Shown: piece by piece, positions 37,000 through 48,168 of the stretch
Position numbering within the stretch: position 1 is the first letter of the stretch
Layout of the letters: every line of letters starts with the position of its first letter
DNA from: Felis catus
Lineage: Eukaryota
NCBI RefSeq assembly: GCF_018350175.1
Contig: NC_058368.1
Location: forward strand, 117,678,001 to 117,742,000
Length of the DNA stretch: 64,000 nucleotides
Reading direction: 5' to 3'
Translations under genes and position numbers: made by a program
Notes under the pieces: generated by a model
The model's database searches: none
What the model was told of the DNA's origin: nothing
The model's input: only the letters and a program-made list of their open reading frames with translations

Positions 37000-39060
37000 T
37001 TGTAGAACCAAAATGGGCTAATTAAAAGAATTGTGGATTCACCCATAGAGTGGAACATTCTGCAGCTCTCCTGTGACAGATGTTTTTCTACTCTTTCTTT
37101 GCCCCTGTTCCGAGTAAACATCTGGCCCCCAGGCCCAGAAAATCCTGCTGGGTCCCCAGGGTTCATACTAGTTTTGTGAAGCTGGCCCTGCCCTTTGGCC
37201 TAAGATCTAATCAATTAGAGAGCTCCATGCCCCTGGCCATGATTGATTCAGGGCTAGGCAGACCGGGAAGATACTAACCCAAGGGCGGCTCACAGGCTCC
37301 CTTCTCCTTTGTGGCTTCCCACTGTGGCCGCTGGAAAGTTAACTACTCTCCCAGCTCCTCAGCCAGGATGTGGCCCGGTAACCTAGTTCGGGACAATGAA
37401 GTAAAAAGATGGCTCTAGGAAGTTACTTTACTTTCAGAGAAAAGTGACATGCTTGCCAAACAGTCTCTGTTCCTTGCCTTTTCTTCTTGCCGTGAAGGCA
37501 GATGTGATGCCTGGAGCTGGAAAAGCCATGTTATAACCATGAGGCAATAAGTGTAAGGATAGAGTGAGGGCCAGAAAGAACTTCTTAATATTTGACCAAT
37601 GCTGGGACTCATGCTTCTGGACTTCTCCTAAGTAAATAACAAATATCCTTATGGTTTAAACTTTAAGTCACTGTTAGAGTTTTCTGTGACTTGAAATTGA
37701 AGACATGACTCATTGTTACAGCAGATGACTCAGGTCTTCCTTGGGGTTTATGCTGGTATTTTGAGGATATACATTTGGGGGAGCTGTAAAATCCAGGAAA
37801 GCTTAGAACTGCCAATGAGAAAAGTAGAACCATCTAAAACAGATACCGACCCCTGATGACATCATTTGAGCCATGTCTGAAGCCAGATATATCGTTAAGT
37901 TCAATAACCGGGTGAATGGATGAGTGAAAACATAGGTAATTTTTTTTTTGTTTGTTTGTTTACCATGAGACTAGTTAGAGGAAATTCTGGAAGGATACTT
38001 ATCTATTGCTGCACAATAGATTATCCCAAAACTCAATGACTAAAAACAGTAAGTTCAGTAAGGGCGACAAAGAAATGTGCTGTCAAGCCACGAAAAGACC
38101 TGAAAGGAAACTCAAGTGTGTTATCACTAAGTGAGAGAAGCCAGTCTGAATAGGCTATGTCTACTGTAATATTCCAAACGTGTAACATTGTGGAAAAGGC
38201 AAAACTAGAGAGATGGTAAAACAAAACAAAAACAAAAAAAAAATCAGTGGTTGCCAGCAGTTAGGGAGGAGGAAGGAATGAATAAGTGGAGCACAGAGAA
38301 CTCTTAGGGCAGTGAAACCATTCTGTAAGATTCTATAATGGTAGATACAGGTCTCTATACATGTGTCTAAATCTATGGAATGTGCAAGAATGAGCCCCTA
38401 TGAAAACTATAGGCTTTGGCGGATTACAATGAATAAGTGTAAGTTCATCGGTTCCAACAAACGTACCACTCTGGCGGGAGATGGTGATAACCAGGGAAGA
38501 TGTGCATGTGTAGGCACAGGAGGTATATGGGCATTCTCTGTACCTTCTCTTTTTTTTAACATTTATTTATTTTTGAGAGAGAGTGTGTGTGTGAGTGGGA
38601 GAGCTTCAGAGTGAGAGAAGGGCAGAGGATCCGAGGCAGGCTCTGCGCTGACAGCATAGAGCCCAGTGTGGGGCTGGAACCCACAAACCGTGAGACCGTG
38701 ACCTGAGTCAAAATAGGAAGCTTAACTGACAGAGCCCCCTGGGTGCCCCTGTACCTTCCTTTCAATTTTGCTGTGAACCTAAAACTGCTCTGAAGAATCC
38801 TTTTAAAAACATGTATTTTTAATCATCTCTCATGATTTCTAATGTGCTAGACATTCACACAGGGTACAGTGGAGCCTCAAATGTAAGACTCACAGGCTGG
38901 AGCTGGAATCATGAGGCTCATTTACTCACAGGCCTGGTGGTTGATGCTGGCTGTCGGCTGGAACACTCACATAGGGCCTCTCCCTGTGGCCTGGGCTTCC
39001 TCACAACATGGTGGCTGGGTTCCAAGGGCAACCATATCCAACAGACGTGAATGGCTTATC
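37000..39060. mobile_element. Nest of old MaLR (MLT-like) LTR fragments with an L1M fragment (~38060-38810) and a CanSINE (38548-38749, -)
   Basis: MLT-like motifs (GATGTGATGCCTGGAGCTG, CTATTGCTGC..AATA, GGCCTGGGCTTCCTCACAACATGGTGGCTGGGTTCCAAG). SINE TSD TGTACCTTC. Confidence 0.55.
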
Positions 39061-39419
39061 ATGGAATGGACTTCAGAGCCACACTCTCTGGTTATGAATC
39101 TCAGCTCTACCATTTACTGATTGGGTAACTTCTGGTAAGTCACTTAATTTCTCTGTGCCCTGATTGCTTCATCCATAAAATATGAAAAATATCTTCCTTA
39201 TAGTATATGCTATTATAACCAAGAATAATTACCTCGGGGAGGAACAAATGATCTTAATAGATGTAAGACACTTAGAACAGTGCCTGGTACAGTTAGCCAT
39301 CGCTAAGGGATCATTTTGAGATGGGTCTCAAAAGAGAATTAGGATTTGGTCATTGAAGAAGAGGGAGAAGGCATTATAGACAGGGATTATCAAAGGCACG
39401 GAGGCACAGAGGCTGCGGG

Positions 39420-39600
39420 TAAGGTGTTCACCAATTCAAGAAGTAAAAATACAGGACACAGTTAAATTTGAATTATTTCTAATGCCTATTTGCGTATACT
39501 TTGAGATAAAAAAATTACATGAGACATACTTATTCTAAAAACAGAGTTGTTTATCTGAAATAAATTCTAAGTATCTAAATTACACACCTGTTTATTTCAT
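39420..39600. mobile_element. MER53-like hAT terminal sequence
   Basis: AAAAATACAGGACACAGTTAAATTTGAATT and GAGACATACTTATTCTAAAA..TTGTTTATCTGAAA match the MER53 consensus as I recall it. Confidence 0.55.
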
Positions 39601-40296
39601 TATATTTCCCTGGTTATTTGGTTCTCCTTAATAGTTCCTCGTTTTGCAGAATTTGCTTATAAAATTCCCTGAAGTTACAGTCTTTGTTCCATTTACATGT
39701 TAACATGATTTCTGTAGTGATCAGCATTAGCATTACGAGCCAGCATATGGAACATCTACTTGCAAAAAGTTACCAACCCTGAGCGTTGCGCTTCAAATGT
39801 GATTGGCTGAAGCACATAATACCATCTTTCACAGCATAACCTGCTTTTCCAACTCTGCAGGATTCCACTGCATCTCTTGATCAATAATTTTGTAAAATGT
39901 CCACCAGCAAAAAGGAGCATGGTCTTCAATTTTTGTTCGTTTTTTCTTCTGTGTTACCCATGTTGATTCTACTTGTTCCCATGCTAAAAGAGTGTTGAGT
40001 AACATCCAAGTAAAATAGTCAAATTTTGTAATGGATGAAACCCATTTCAAAAGATAATCATGGCAGGTGCTGAACTGGACTGGACTGGACTGAAATTTAT
40101 TTTCTGGTTCATACATAATGTCCTTTTTAACAAGAGTTTTGATAATAAAAGGGACAAGTTTTTCATCAATTCTCGTTTAACACATTCAACAAGTTCCTTA
40201 GTAATGGAGCACCTCCATTACACTGTTAGCTGTTCTTTCAATTTACACAATCCTACTGCCAAATTGATACTGAAAACTATGAACAAGAAATAAGTA

Positions 40297-40456
40297 GGGG
40301 CACCTGAGTTGGCTCAGTCAGTTGAGCGACTGACATCAGCTCGGGTCATGATCTCACGGGGTTCATTGGTTTGAGTCCCGGGTCGGACCGTGTGCTGACA
40401 GCTGAGAGCCTGGAGCCTGCTTTGGATTCTTTGTCTCCCTCTCTCTCTGCTTCTCC

Positions 40457-40508
<52 letters not shown>

Positions 40509-41325
40509 AAAGAAAAACATTAAAAAATGTAAAAAAAAAAAAAGAAAGAAAGAAAAAAGAAAAAAAAGAAAGAAAAAGAAGTAAACTTCATTCAATGCAT
40601 TATTTAAAAAGCCAACAGGGGGCGCCTGTGTGGCTCAGTCGGTTAAGCGTCTGATTCCACCTCAGGTCATGATCTTGTCGTCCGTGAGTTCGAGCCTCGC
40701 GTCAGGTTCTGTGCTGACACCTCAGAGCCTGGAGCCTGTTTCAGATTCTGTGTCTCCCTCTCTCTCTGACCCTCCCCTGTTCATACTCTGTCTTTCTCTG
40801 TCTCAAAAATAAATAAACGTTAAAATAAAAAAATAAAGCCAACAGGAATTTTGAACCAACAACTGGCTTCTTAGTATTTCTTAGAGAAGAAAATCCTTTT
40901 CTTTAGAATTCAAGTATCATCTCAGTCCTTCACATAAATGGAGGATTTTCTCAACTGTGTGTTAACGAGAATTAATGGTTTTTGAATGTAAGAGAAATGA
41001 AGAATACTGAATGCCAATAAAATCAAAATCCTTAAATTGCTCACTTAGAATAGTATCAATGCTGAAGTAAGAGAGCAATTTCATGACAGTTACTCCAATC
41101 TCAGTAAAAAAGACATGAGTGGTGACTGGGTGGCTCAGTCGATTAAGCATCCGACTTGGGCTCAGGTCCTGATCTCCTGGTTCCTGAGTTCGAGCCCCAT
41201 GTTGGGCTCTGTGCTGACAGCTCAGAGCCTGGAGCCCACTTCAGATTCTGTCTCCCTCTCTCTCTGCCCCTCCCCTGCTCATGCTGTGTCTCTCAAAAAG
41301 AAATAAACATTAAATTTTTTTTTTA
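40297..41325 (+). mobile_element. Three CanSINEs (~40297-40580, ~40619-40835, ~41118-41325) nested in the hAT fossil
   Basis: Full bodies. TSD AAAGCCAACAG around the second and AAAGACAT around the third. (CT)n at 40461-40505. Confidence 0.88.
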
Positions 41326-41508
41326 AAGACATCAGGTACTGTTGAGTAGCATTATGCAGAATATCAGCAGGATAACTAACCATAGAATTATTTATGTTGT
41401 GCTTCAACCTTGAATAAGCAGGATTTATACCCTTATACAAACATTCACCAAAAGTTATGTTCATATTATCTCCAACAAAAGCAGAAAAAAATTTTCAACA
41501 GTTCTTTT

Positions 41509-41733
41509 AAAAAAAAAATTTTTTTTTTCAACATTTTTATTTATTTTTGGGACAGAGAGAGACAGAGCATGAACGGGGGAGGGGCAGAGAGAGAGGGAGA
41601 CACAGAATCGGAAACAGGCTCCAGGCTCCGAGCCATCAGCCCAGAGCCTGACGCGGGGCTCGAACTCACGGACCGCGAGATCGTGACCTGGCTGAAGTCG
41701 GACGCTTAACTGACTGCGCCACCCAGGCGCCCC
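41509..41733 (-). mobile_element. Young SINEC_Fc-type CanSINE
   Basis: CpG-rich, near-consensus body (GGTGGCGCAGTC..CAGCCAGGTCACGATCTCGCGGTCCG). TSD AACAGTTCTTTT at 41497-41508 and 41734-41745. Confidence 0.92.
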
Positions 41734-41886
41734 AACAGTTCTTTTTTAATATACACAATAAAACTGTACATATTTCATGTATGTATGTGATTTGATGAGT
41801 TCGGACATATGCATACCTCTGTGAACCATCACCACAGGCAAGGTAATACACATCTCCATCACCTCCAGAAGTTTCCTGGGCCCTTT

Positions 41887-41888
<2 letters not shown>

Positions 41889-41930
<42 letters not shown>

Positions 41931-41947
41931 TGAACTGTGTGTGTGTG
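41889..41947. repeat. (GT)n microsatellite at the end of a short L1M-like fragment (~41750-41885)
   Basis: Directly visible. Confidence 0.9.
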
Positions 41948-43429
41948 ATGAACTCAGTAAAAGAGTTTCTGCATAAATTTGCAGAAACTTTCTGAGGTCT
42001 TATCTGGAAGAGATTCTACTCAGAATAGCCCTATTAGCAAGCTTTTTTTAACCAGAAAAATATTGCACGAAAGAAAAGTTGTTTCTGCCTTGAGATTACT
42101 TGCACTGTGGCTATGCCGTAAGGTGAGACATTTAGATCTCTCATCATTTCAACAATACTAAATACAGCTTTCACAATTTTATTATAGAAGTGGATGCTAC
42201 TATTTGAAAATTTTCTTACAATTTTAGAATCAGAAAACACTTTCAGCAGTAGTATCTTTGAATGGTTATTTGAGCTTGAAGACTGATGATGATATACAGT
42301 GTGGAAGTCCATTACATTTCTGCTGCAAGTATTTCATCATTTTAACCTGAATCTCTCTTTTAAAAAAATCTGTTTATCACTCCCCTTAACACTAGTTGAG
42401 GAAACCATACATCTCTTATACGTAGCTTTTACCATATGCTGGTTTATATGTGGCTTTCCACCATTTTTAAAATATGAAATGACCAATTGCACACTGTGGA
42501 AACCTTAAAAGGAATTTTTCCTCGCTCACTAAATGACTATGCTCAGAAAGTTCACAAAATTTATGGTTGCTTTTGTTTGTGGGGGGTTCAAATATACACA
42601 AATAAAAAATAGACAATAGAAACAAGTCCAAGAGTCAAAGAGATTGAATGTGAAGAGCTCACAGGTGCAACAATGCACCTGCACTCCGAAGTCTGATCTC
42701 ACAACCAATCATAAACAGGGGTCCAGATGTTAAAAGGGCTGCATACTTGCAAATTAATATTAAATTGAACTTTATGTCTGACGCACAAAGATGAACTTCA
42801 TGTTTGCTTGAAAGTGAGACGTGTGCTTTTACGGCCAAGTCTCCCGAACAAAGCTAGAGCTGATTTTCTGTAAGGGTGGGGGGAGTGTGACTTATTTAGG
42901 AATTTAAGGACCCTCAGCTGTGTTCGTGTATCGCTAGGGCAAGGCTGCCTTTGACTTGCTGACTTTGAAGCCCGGACTGTGGAATGAGGGACTTGCTGAT
43001 TGGCTGTTGTCTAGGAGCACAGGGCTGTCACTGATTGGCTGGGTTTCAGAGGCATGGGGCTCTCCTTCCTCGAATCTCTCACTTTTGGAAGCCTGGTTAC
43101 GGGGGTGAGTATCGCTGATTGGCTGATTTTCAGAACGAAAATCGCTATTTTTTAATAACGGTGGGTAGTGTTCACCGCTTGGGACTTTAGCCAAAGAACA
43201 GTATTTTCCTTTCCTGAATGTGAAAATAAGTACCTTTAATTTGCAGCCTTCCCTTTTATACTTACCTCAGTTAAACCTGCGGAGACCATAAGGGGTTGTC
43301 CAGATCTATATTGGTAGAGTTATGCTTTTCAGTTAGTGTGGCCATTTAATTGATTTAAATACCAATTATGGTGGAGGAAAAATAACTCTGAAACTTTTTA
43401 GTAACTTAATTTTAAAAAGCTGAGTACAT

Positions 43430-44541
43430 GGCACACCTGGGTGGCTCAGTTGGTGGAGCATCCTCCTCTTGATTTCAGCTCAGATCAGCGTGGAAACTGC
43501 TTAAGATTCTCTTTGTCTCCCTCTGCCCCTCTCCCCTCTTTCTCTCTAAAATTAAAAAAAAAATGGGGGCCCCTGGGTGACTCAGTCGGTTAAGCGTTCC
43601 ACTCTTAATTTCAGTTCAGGTCATGATCTCCTGGTTAGTGAGATGGAACCCCGTGTCGGCTCTGTACTGACAATGCGGAACCTGCTTGGGATTCTCTCTC
43701 CCTCTCTCTCTGCCCCTTCCCTGCTCATGCTCTTTCTTTCTCTCTCAAAATAAATAAAAACATTTAAAAAATAAAATGATAATAAATTAGTTTTAAACAT
43801 AGGTCAATAAAAAAGCTGAATACGTTCAGGGCATCCTGAAAGTTAATAGATAGTTAATAGAGAGTGCAGGACAAAGTACAGAACATGTCCTGTATAAACT
43901 GGCAACTCTGGGGAAAGTTCAAGAGTAACAGAAGAATCCCCACCCCCAACCCCCAACAGAAGGAACTGTAATTCTCATTTCCTCCTAAAAGGTCATTCAT
44001 TATAGCCCTGCTTCTTAAAGGAGCATATTGGAAACAACGTAAGTGCCCATCATGGGGAAACTGGTTGGATAAAGTTTTGTACATCTATACAATGGCATAT
44101 AATGCAGCAGTTAAAAAGGAGGAGTTCTGTGAACTGCTATAAAGACTACCCCCATAGTTAAGTTAAAAAACAAAACAAAACAAAACAAGGACGGGGCACC
44201 TGGCTGACCTAGTCAGTTAAGTGTCTGACTTTGGCTTAGGTCATGATCTTGCTGTTCGTGGGTTTGAGCCCCACATTGGACTCTCTGCTGTCAGTGCAGA
44301 GCCCACTTTAGATCCTCTGTCCCCATCTCTCTTCCCCTCTCCCTCCTCAAAAAATAAACATTAAAAAAAATAAGGGTGGCTGCGTGGCTCAGTTGGTTGA
44401 GTGTCTGACTCTTGATTTTGGCTCACGTCATGATCTCGTGTGGTTTGTGAGTTCAAGCCCCACATCGGGCTCTGCACTGTCAGCTCAGAGCCTGCCTGGG
44501 ATTCTCTCTCTCTTCCTCTCTCTCTGCCCCTCCCCTGTGTG

Positions 44542-44583
<42 letters not shown>

Positions 44584-44896
44584 ATAAATAAAACAATTTT
44601 TTTAAATAAAAGATCAGGATGCAGAACTCTAGGTATGGTATCATTTGCACTGAAGTATGCATGGGGGTCATGGAGGTAGAAATAAATACATGTTCCTATA
44701 GACTATCTCTGGAATGATACTCTAGAACAGTTGTGGTGATCTCCTTGGGGGGAGGAGAACTGAAAAGCTGGGAAGCTGAAGCAAAAAGAGCAGGAAGTCT
44801 TCCTTTTCATACTGCTTGATTTTTAATTTTTTTTTTATCTATTTTACCTTGAGAGAGAGAGAGAGAGTGCGTGTGTGCATGAGTTGGGGAGAGAGG

Positions 44897-44928
<32 letters not shown>

Positions 44929-45319
44929 ATCAAGCAGGCTGCACGCTCAGTGCGTAGCCTGATGTGGGGCTCAATCCCATGACCCTGGGATCATGACCCA
45001 AGAGTCAGAGTCAGATGCTCAACCGACTGAGCCACCCAGATGCCCCTTGTTTGATTTTTTTTATCCTTTGTGAGTGCATTACCTATGCTAAATGCTTCTG
45101 ATTATTTTTATTTTTTTTTTAAGTTTATTTATTTTGAGAGAGAGTGTATGTGCACACAAGCAGGGGAGGGGCAGAGAGAGGGAAAGAGGGAATCCCAAGC
45201 AGGTGCTGTGCTGTCAGCGCAGAGCCCGATGCAGGGCTCAATCTCACCAACTTCAAGATCATGACCTGAGCCAAAATCGAGACTCTGATGCTTAACGGAC
45301 TGAGCCACCCAGATGTCCC
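43430..45319. mobile_element. CanSINE cluster: four + copies (~43430, 43565, 44193, 44374) and two - copies (~44822-45046, ~45100-45319)
   Basis: Repeated CanSINE heads, CT/GA tracts and A/T tails. Confidence 0.82.
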
Positions 45320-46314
45320 ACTTGCAATTATTTTTAAAACAGTGGTTTCAAATATCGAGTGTGTGACCTGGGCATAGACAAAAGGCACAGGTTTGATATG
45401 TTTGAGGGTGTGGACAGGATGTTTCCTGAGCCTGGTGACTCTTCTGCTCTAGGGTGGACTTCGGAGGCTGGTGGACCAGCTGTGTGGGATGTTTCCCACG
45501 TCTCCAAGTCTCTTCCACATCACAGAGCACAGGAAGCAGCCTGGGGCTGGAAGGAGAGCAATGTCATCCCACATAGCATATGACCAAGAAACAGAGCTCA
45601 CAGTAAATGCACTAAATTTCACAGGCAGCCAAAGAAAACAGGAACCATTCTCATTATTCTGTGTAGAGTTCCCTTCCTGGGAGCTCTCTGTTGCTGATGG
45701 AGATAAACAAACAAACAAACAAACAAGAAGGGTACTCCATAGCCTCCTTGGAATTTCATAGCTGAACGTCTTCTCCCTGGAGAGTCAGTCTGCCTTGAGA
45801 AGAATAGCTTCTTTCCTGGCAAAACCAGTTTTCTACAGCACAGAATGTGTTAGAGAGAGTATGATAAGCACTGGGAAACGGAGAGTTTGGGAGCAGAACC
45901 CACTGTAGCAGATAATCACTGTCATCCTAGGAGCTGATGTTCGCTGAGAAGGTATTGTGTTATGTGGACTGTGCTAGGTGCTTTGCATCCATTATCATGT
46001 CAGTCTTTAGAACAACTCTATGGGGTAGGCACAGTTATTCCAATTCTACTAACGAGAAAACTGGTACACAGAGGTTTAGAATTTCACCCGAGGTCATGTA
46101 AATGGGTGATCTGGGGCTTGAACCCAGCTGTCGGCAGTCTTAGCCATTCAATCATACTTCCTCCAAAAGAGGGCTTATCCAACACAGCCTAAAAACCAGT
46201 TAAAAAGCACCAAGCATTCATTGAGCACCTACTGTGTGCCTGGGACTGGGAGAGGTACCACGGGAGACATTTGATGTTTGAGTGTTAGTGTGACTCTTGG
46301 AATGTGATTTTCTT

Positions 46315-47390
46315 TAATTGAGGTGAAATTCACATGACATGAAACTAACCATCTCAAAATGAACAGTTCAGTGGCATTTAGTACAATCACAGTGTATAGC
46401 CATCACCTCTATTTAGTTTCAAAACATCTTCCTTACCCCAAAAAGGACCCACCTCCTCATTAAGCTGTTTCCCTCCATTCTTCCCTCTTCTCAGCCCCTC
46501 TAGCCGCCAAATCTGTGTTCTGTTTCTGTGGATTTACCTATTTTGGATATTTCATATAAATTGAATCATAAAATATATGACCTGTGTCTGGCTTCTTTCA
46601 CTTAGTATATTGTTATCAGGGTTTATCCACATTGTAATAGGTATCAGTACTCCATGCTTTTTTTTTTATTAGATTCCATAATATCATATACCACACTTTG
46701 TTTATCTATCCACCCACTGATGGGCATTTGAGCTATATCCACATTTTGACTATTATAAATGTTACAGGACAGAGAACCAGTTCCAAACTTAGGTTCACCT
46801 GCTCACCGCTTGAAAATCAAGAGAGGAATGATGGAAGAAAAGGAAACGTTGGTTTATTCAGGAAGCTGGCAACTTGGGAAGATGGTAGACTAATGTCTCA
46901 AAGACCATCTTCCCTGTCCAGGGGAAGCTGTAGGGTTTAAAGGAGAAAGCATGGGAAAAGGGTGGGGGGGGAGGCTACACCCAAGAGAAGCAGGTGCCCA
47001 GGTGGTTACTCATATGTGGACATGACCCTTCACAGACTTGCTGGATCAGTGGCAGCTGTTTTCGAAGGCTTATTTTCTGGAAAAGTTTGGTTCTTCGTGC
47101 CCCAAAACCAGTGGTCTGCAAATGTCAAGGAAAGTAAGTTGTTTCTGCTGTGCATCAAGGGACAGGCTAGCAAGCAAGGAATGCATAAGCTTGAAGCAAG
47201 CTAACCGTTAGGACGGGCTGGAGTGCAGTAAATTTTAAAAAATAAGAAACCACTCAAACCACTGCTGTGAACATGTGTGTGCACGTACTTGAATAGCTGT
47301 TCTCAGTTCTTTGGGGTTTACACCTAGGAGTGGAATTGCTGGGTCACATGGTAAGTCTATGTTTACCTTTTTGAGGAACCCCCAAATTGG
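46315..47390 (-). mobile_element. Old L1M 3' fragment interrupted by a probable ERV LTR (~46760-47256)
   Basis: Antisense L1 3'-end sequence (CAGTGGCATTTAGTACA..., GGAGTGGAATTGCTGGGTCA) stops at 46760 and resumes near 47260. The insert begins TGTTAC and carries a minus-strand AATAAA. Confidence 0.6.
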
Positions 47391-47759
47391 AATGTGCTAT
47401 TTTGACATTGGAGTCTTTTCTTGGTACCTTGGCTCTCTCCTATCCAAGCAAAGGAGAGAGCTCCTTTCCAGGGCAAACAAGAGAAACACAGTGTGGTGTG
47501 TGAAGACACAGGCTGGTGTAGTTTTGAACCTCTGTTCTACCACTTGTTGATACTAGGTGTGTGGGCTAGTTGTAAGCCTCTTTGAGACTGTCTCCTTCTG
47601 TGTAGAAATGGAGATGATCCCATCGTCCATCCATCCATCCATCCATCCCTTCACTGCGTCTGCTGAGGCTGTTGTGGGCCAGGTGCTGGGGTCAGAGAAA
47701 GCCTTCATCAAATCTATGGAAGGAAAATGGGGTGGAGTGGGGAGGACCCAGGAGTGGAT

Positions 47760-48168
47760 TTTTGTAAGCTTATTTATTTTGAGAGAGAGAAAGAGAGAGA
47801 GAGTAAACAGGGCAGGGACAGACAGAGAGGGAGACAGAGAATCCCCAAGAATCTGTGCTGAGAGCACAGAGCCTGATACAGAGCTCAAACCCACAAACTG
47901 TGAGATCATGACCTGAGCCTAAATCAAGAGTCGGATGCTTAACCGACTCAGCCACCCAGGTGCCCCAAGAATTTTTTTTTAATTTTATTTTTTAAAATTT
48001 ACATCCAAATTAGTTAGCATATAGTGCAACAATGATTTCAGGAGTAGAAGAATCTTTATTTTTTAAAGATTTTATTTTTAAATTATCTCTATACCCAACA
48101 TGGGCTTGAACCTACAACCCGGAGGTCAAGAGTCACATGCTCTACCAACTGAGCCAGCCAGGAGCCCC
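47760..48168 (-). mobile_element. CanSINE + ~75-bp felid L1 tail + short CanSINE in tandem
   Basis: SINE about 47760-47966; L1 end TTTACATCCAAATTAGTTAGCATATAGTGCAACAATGATTTCAGGAGTAGA about 47972-48048; SINE about 48055-48168. Confidence 0.85.

Larger units (their letters stand above)
39600..42580 (-). mobile_element. Fossil hAT-superfamily DNA transposon transposase, interrupted by younger insertions
   Basis: Colinear, broken minus-strand peptides: NGGKPHINQH; ILAAE/FHTVYHHQS; SDSKIVRKFS; YPADILHNA; VMKLLSYFSIDT..EQFKDF..YSSFLLHSKT; NEVYLFLVHS..IERTANSVMEV; LARNANA; FYKQILQNEELLRRTK*PGKY. Confidence 0.75.

Noticed and set aside
39770..39782. TTACCAACCCTG resembling a hAT terminal inverted repeat
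   Set aside because: It falls inside the colinear transposase remnant (QRSGLVTF), so it is probably coincidental.
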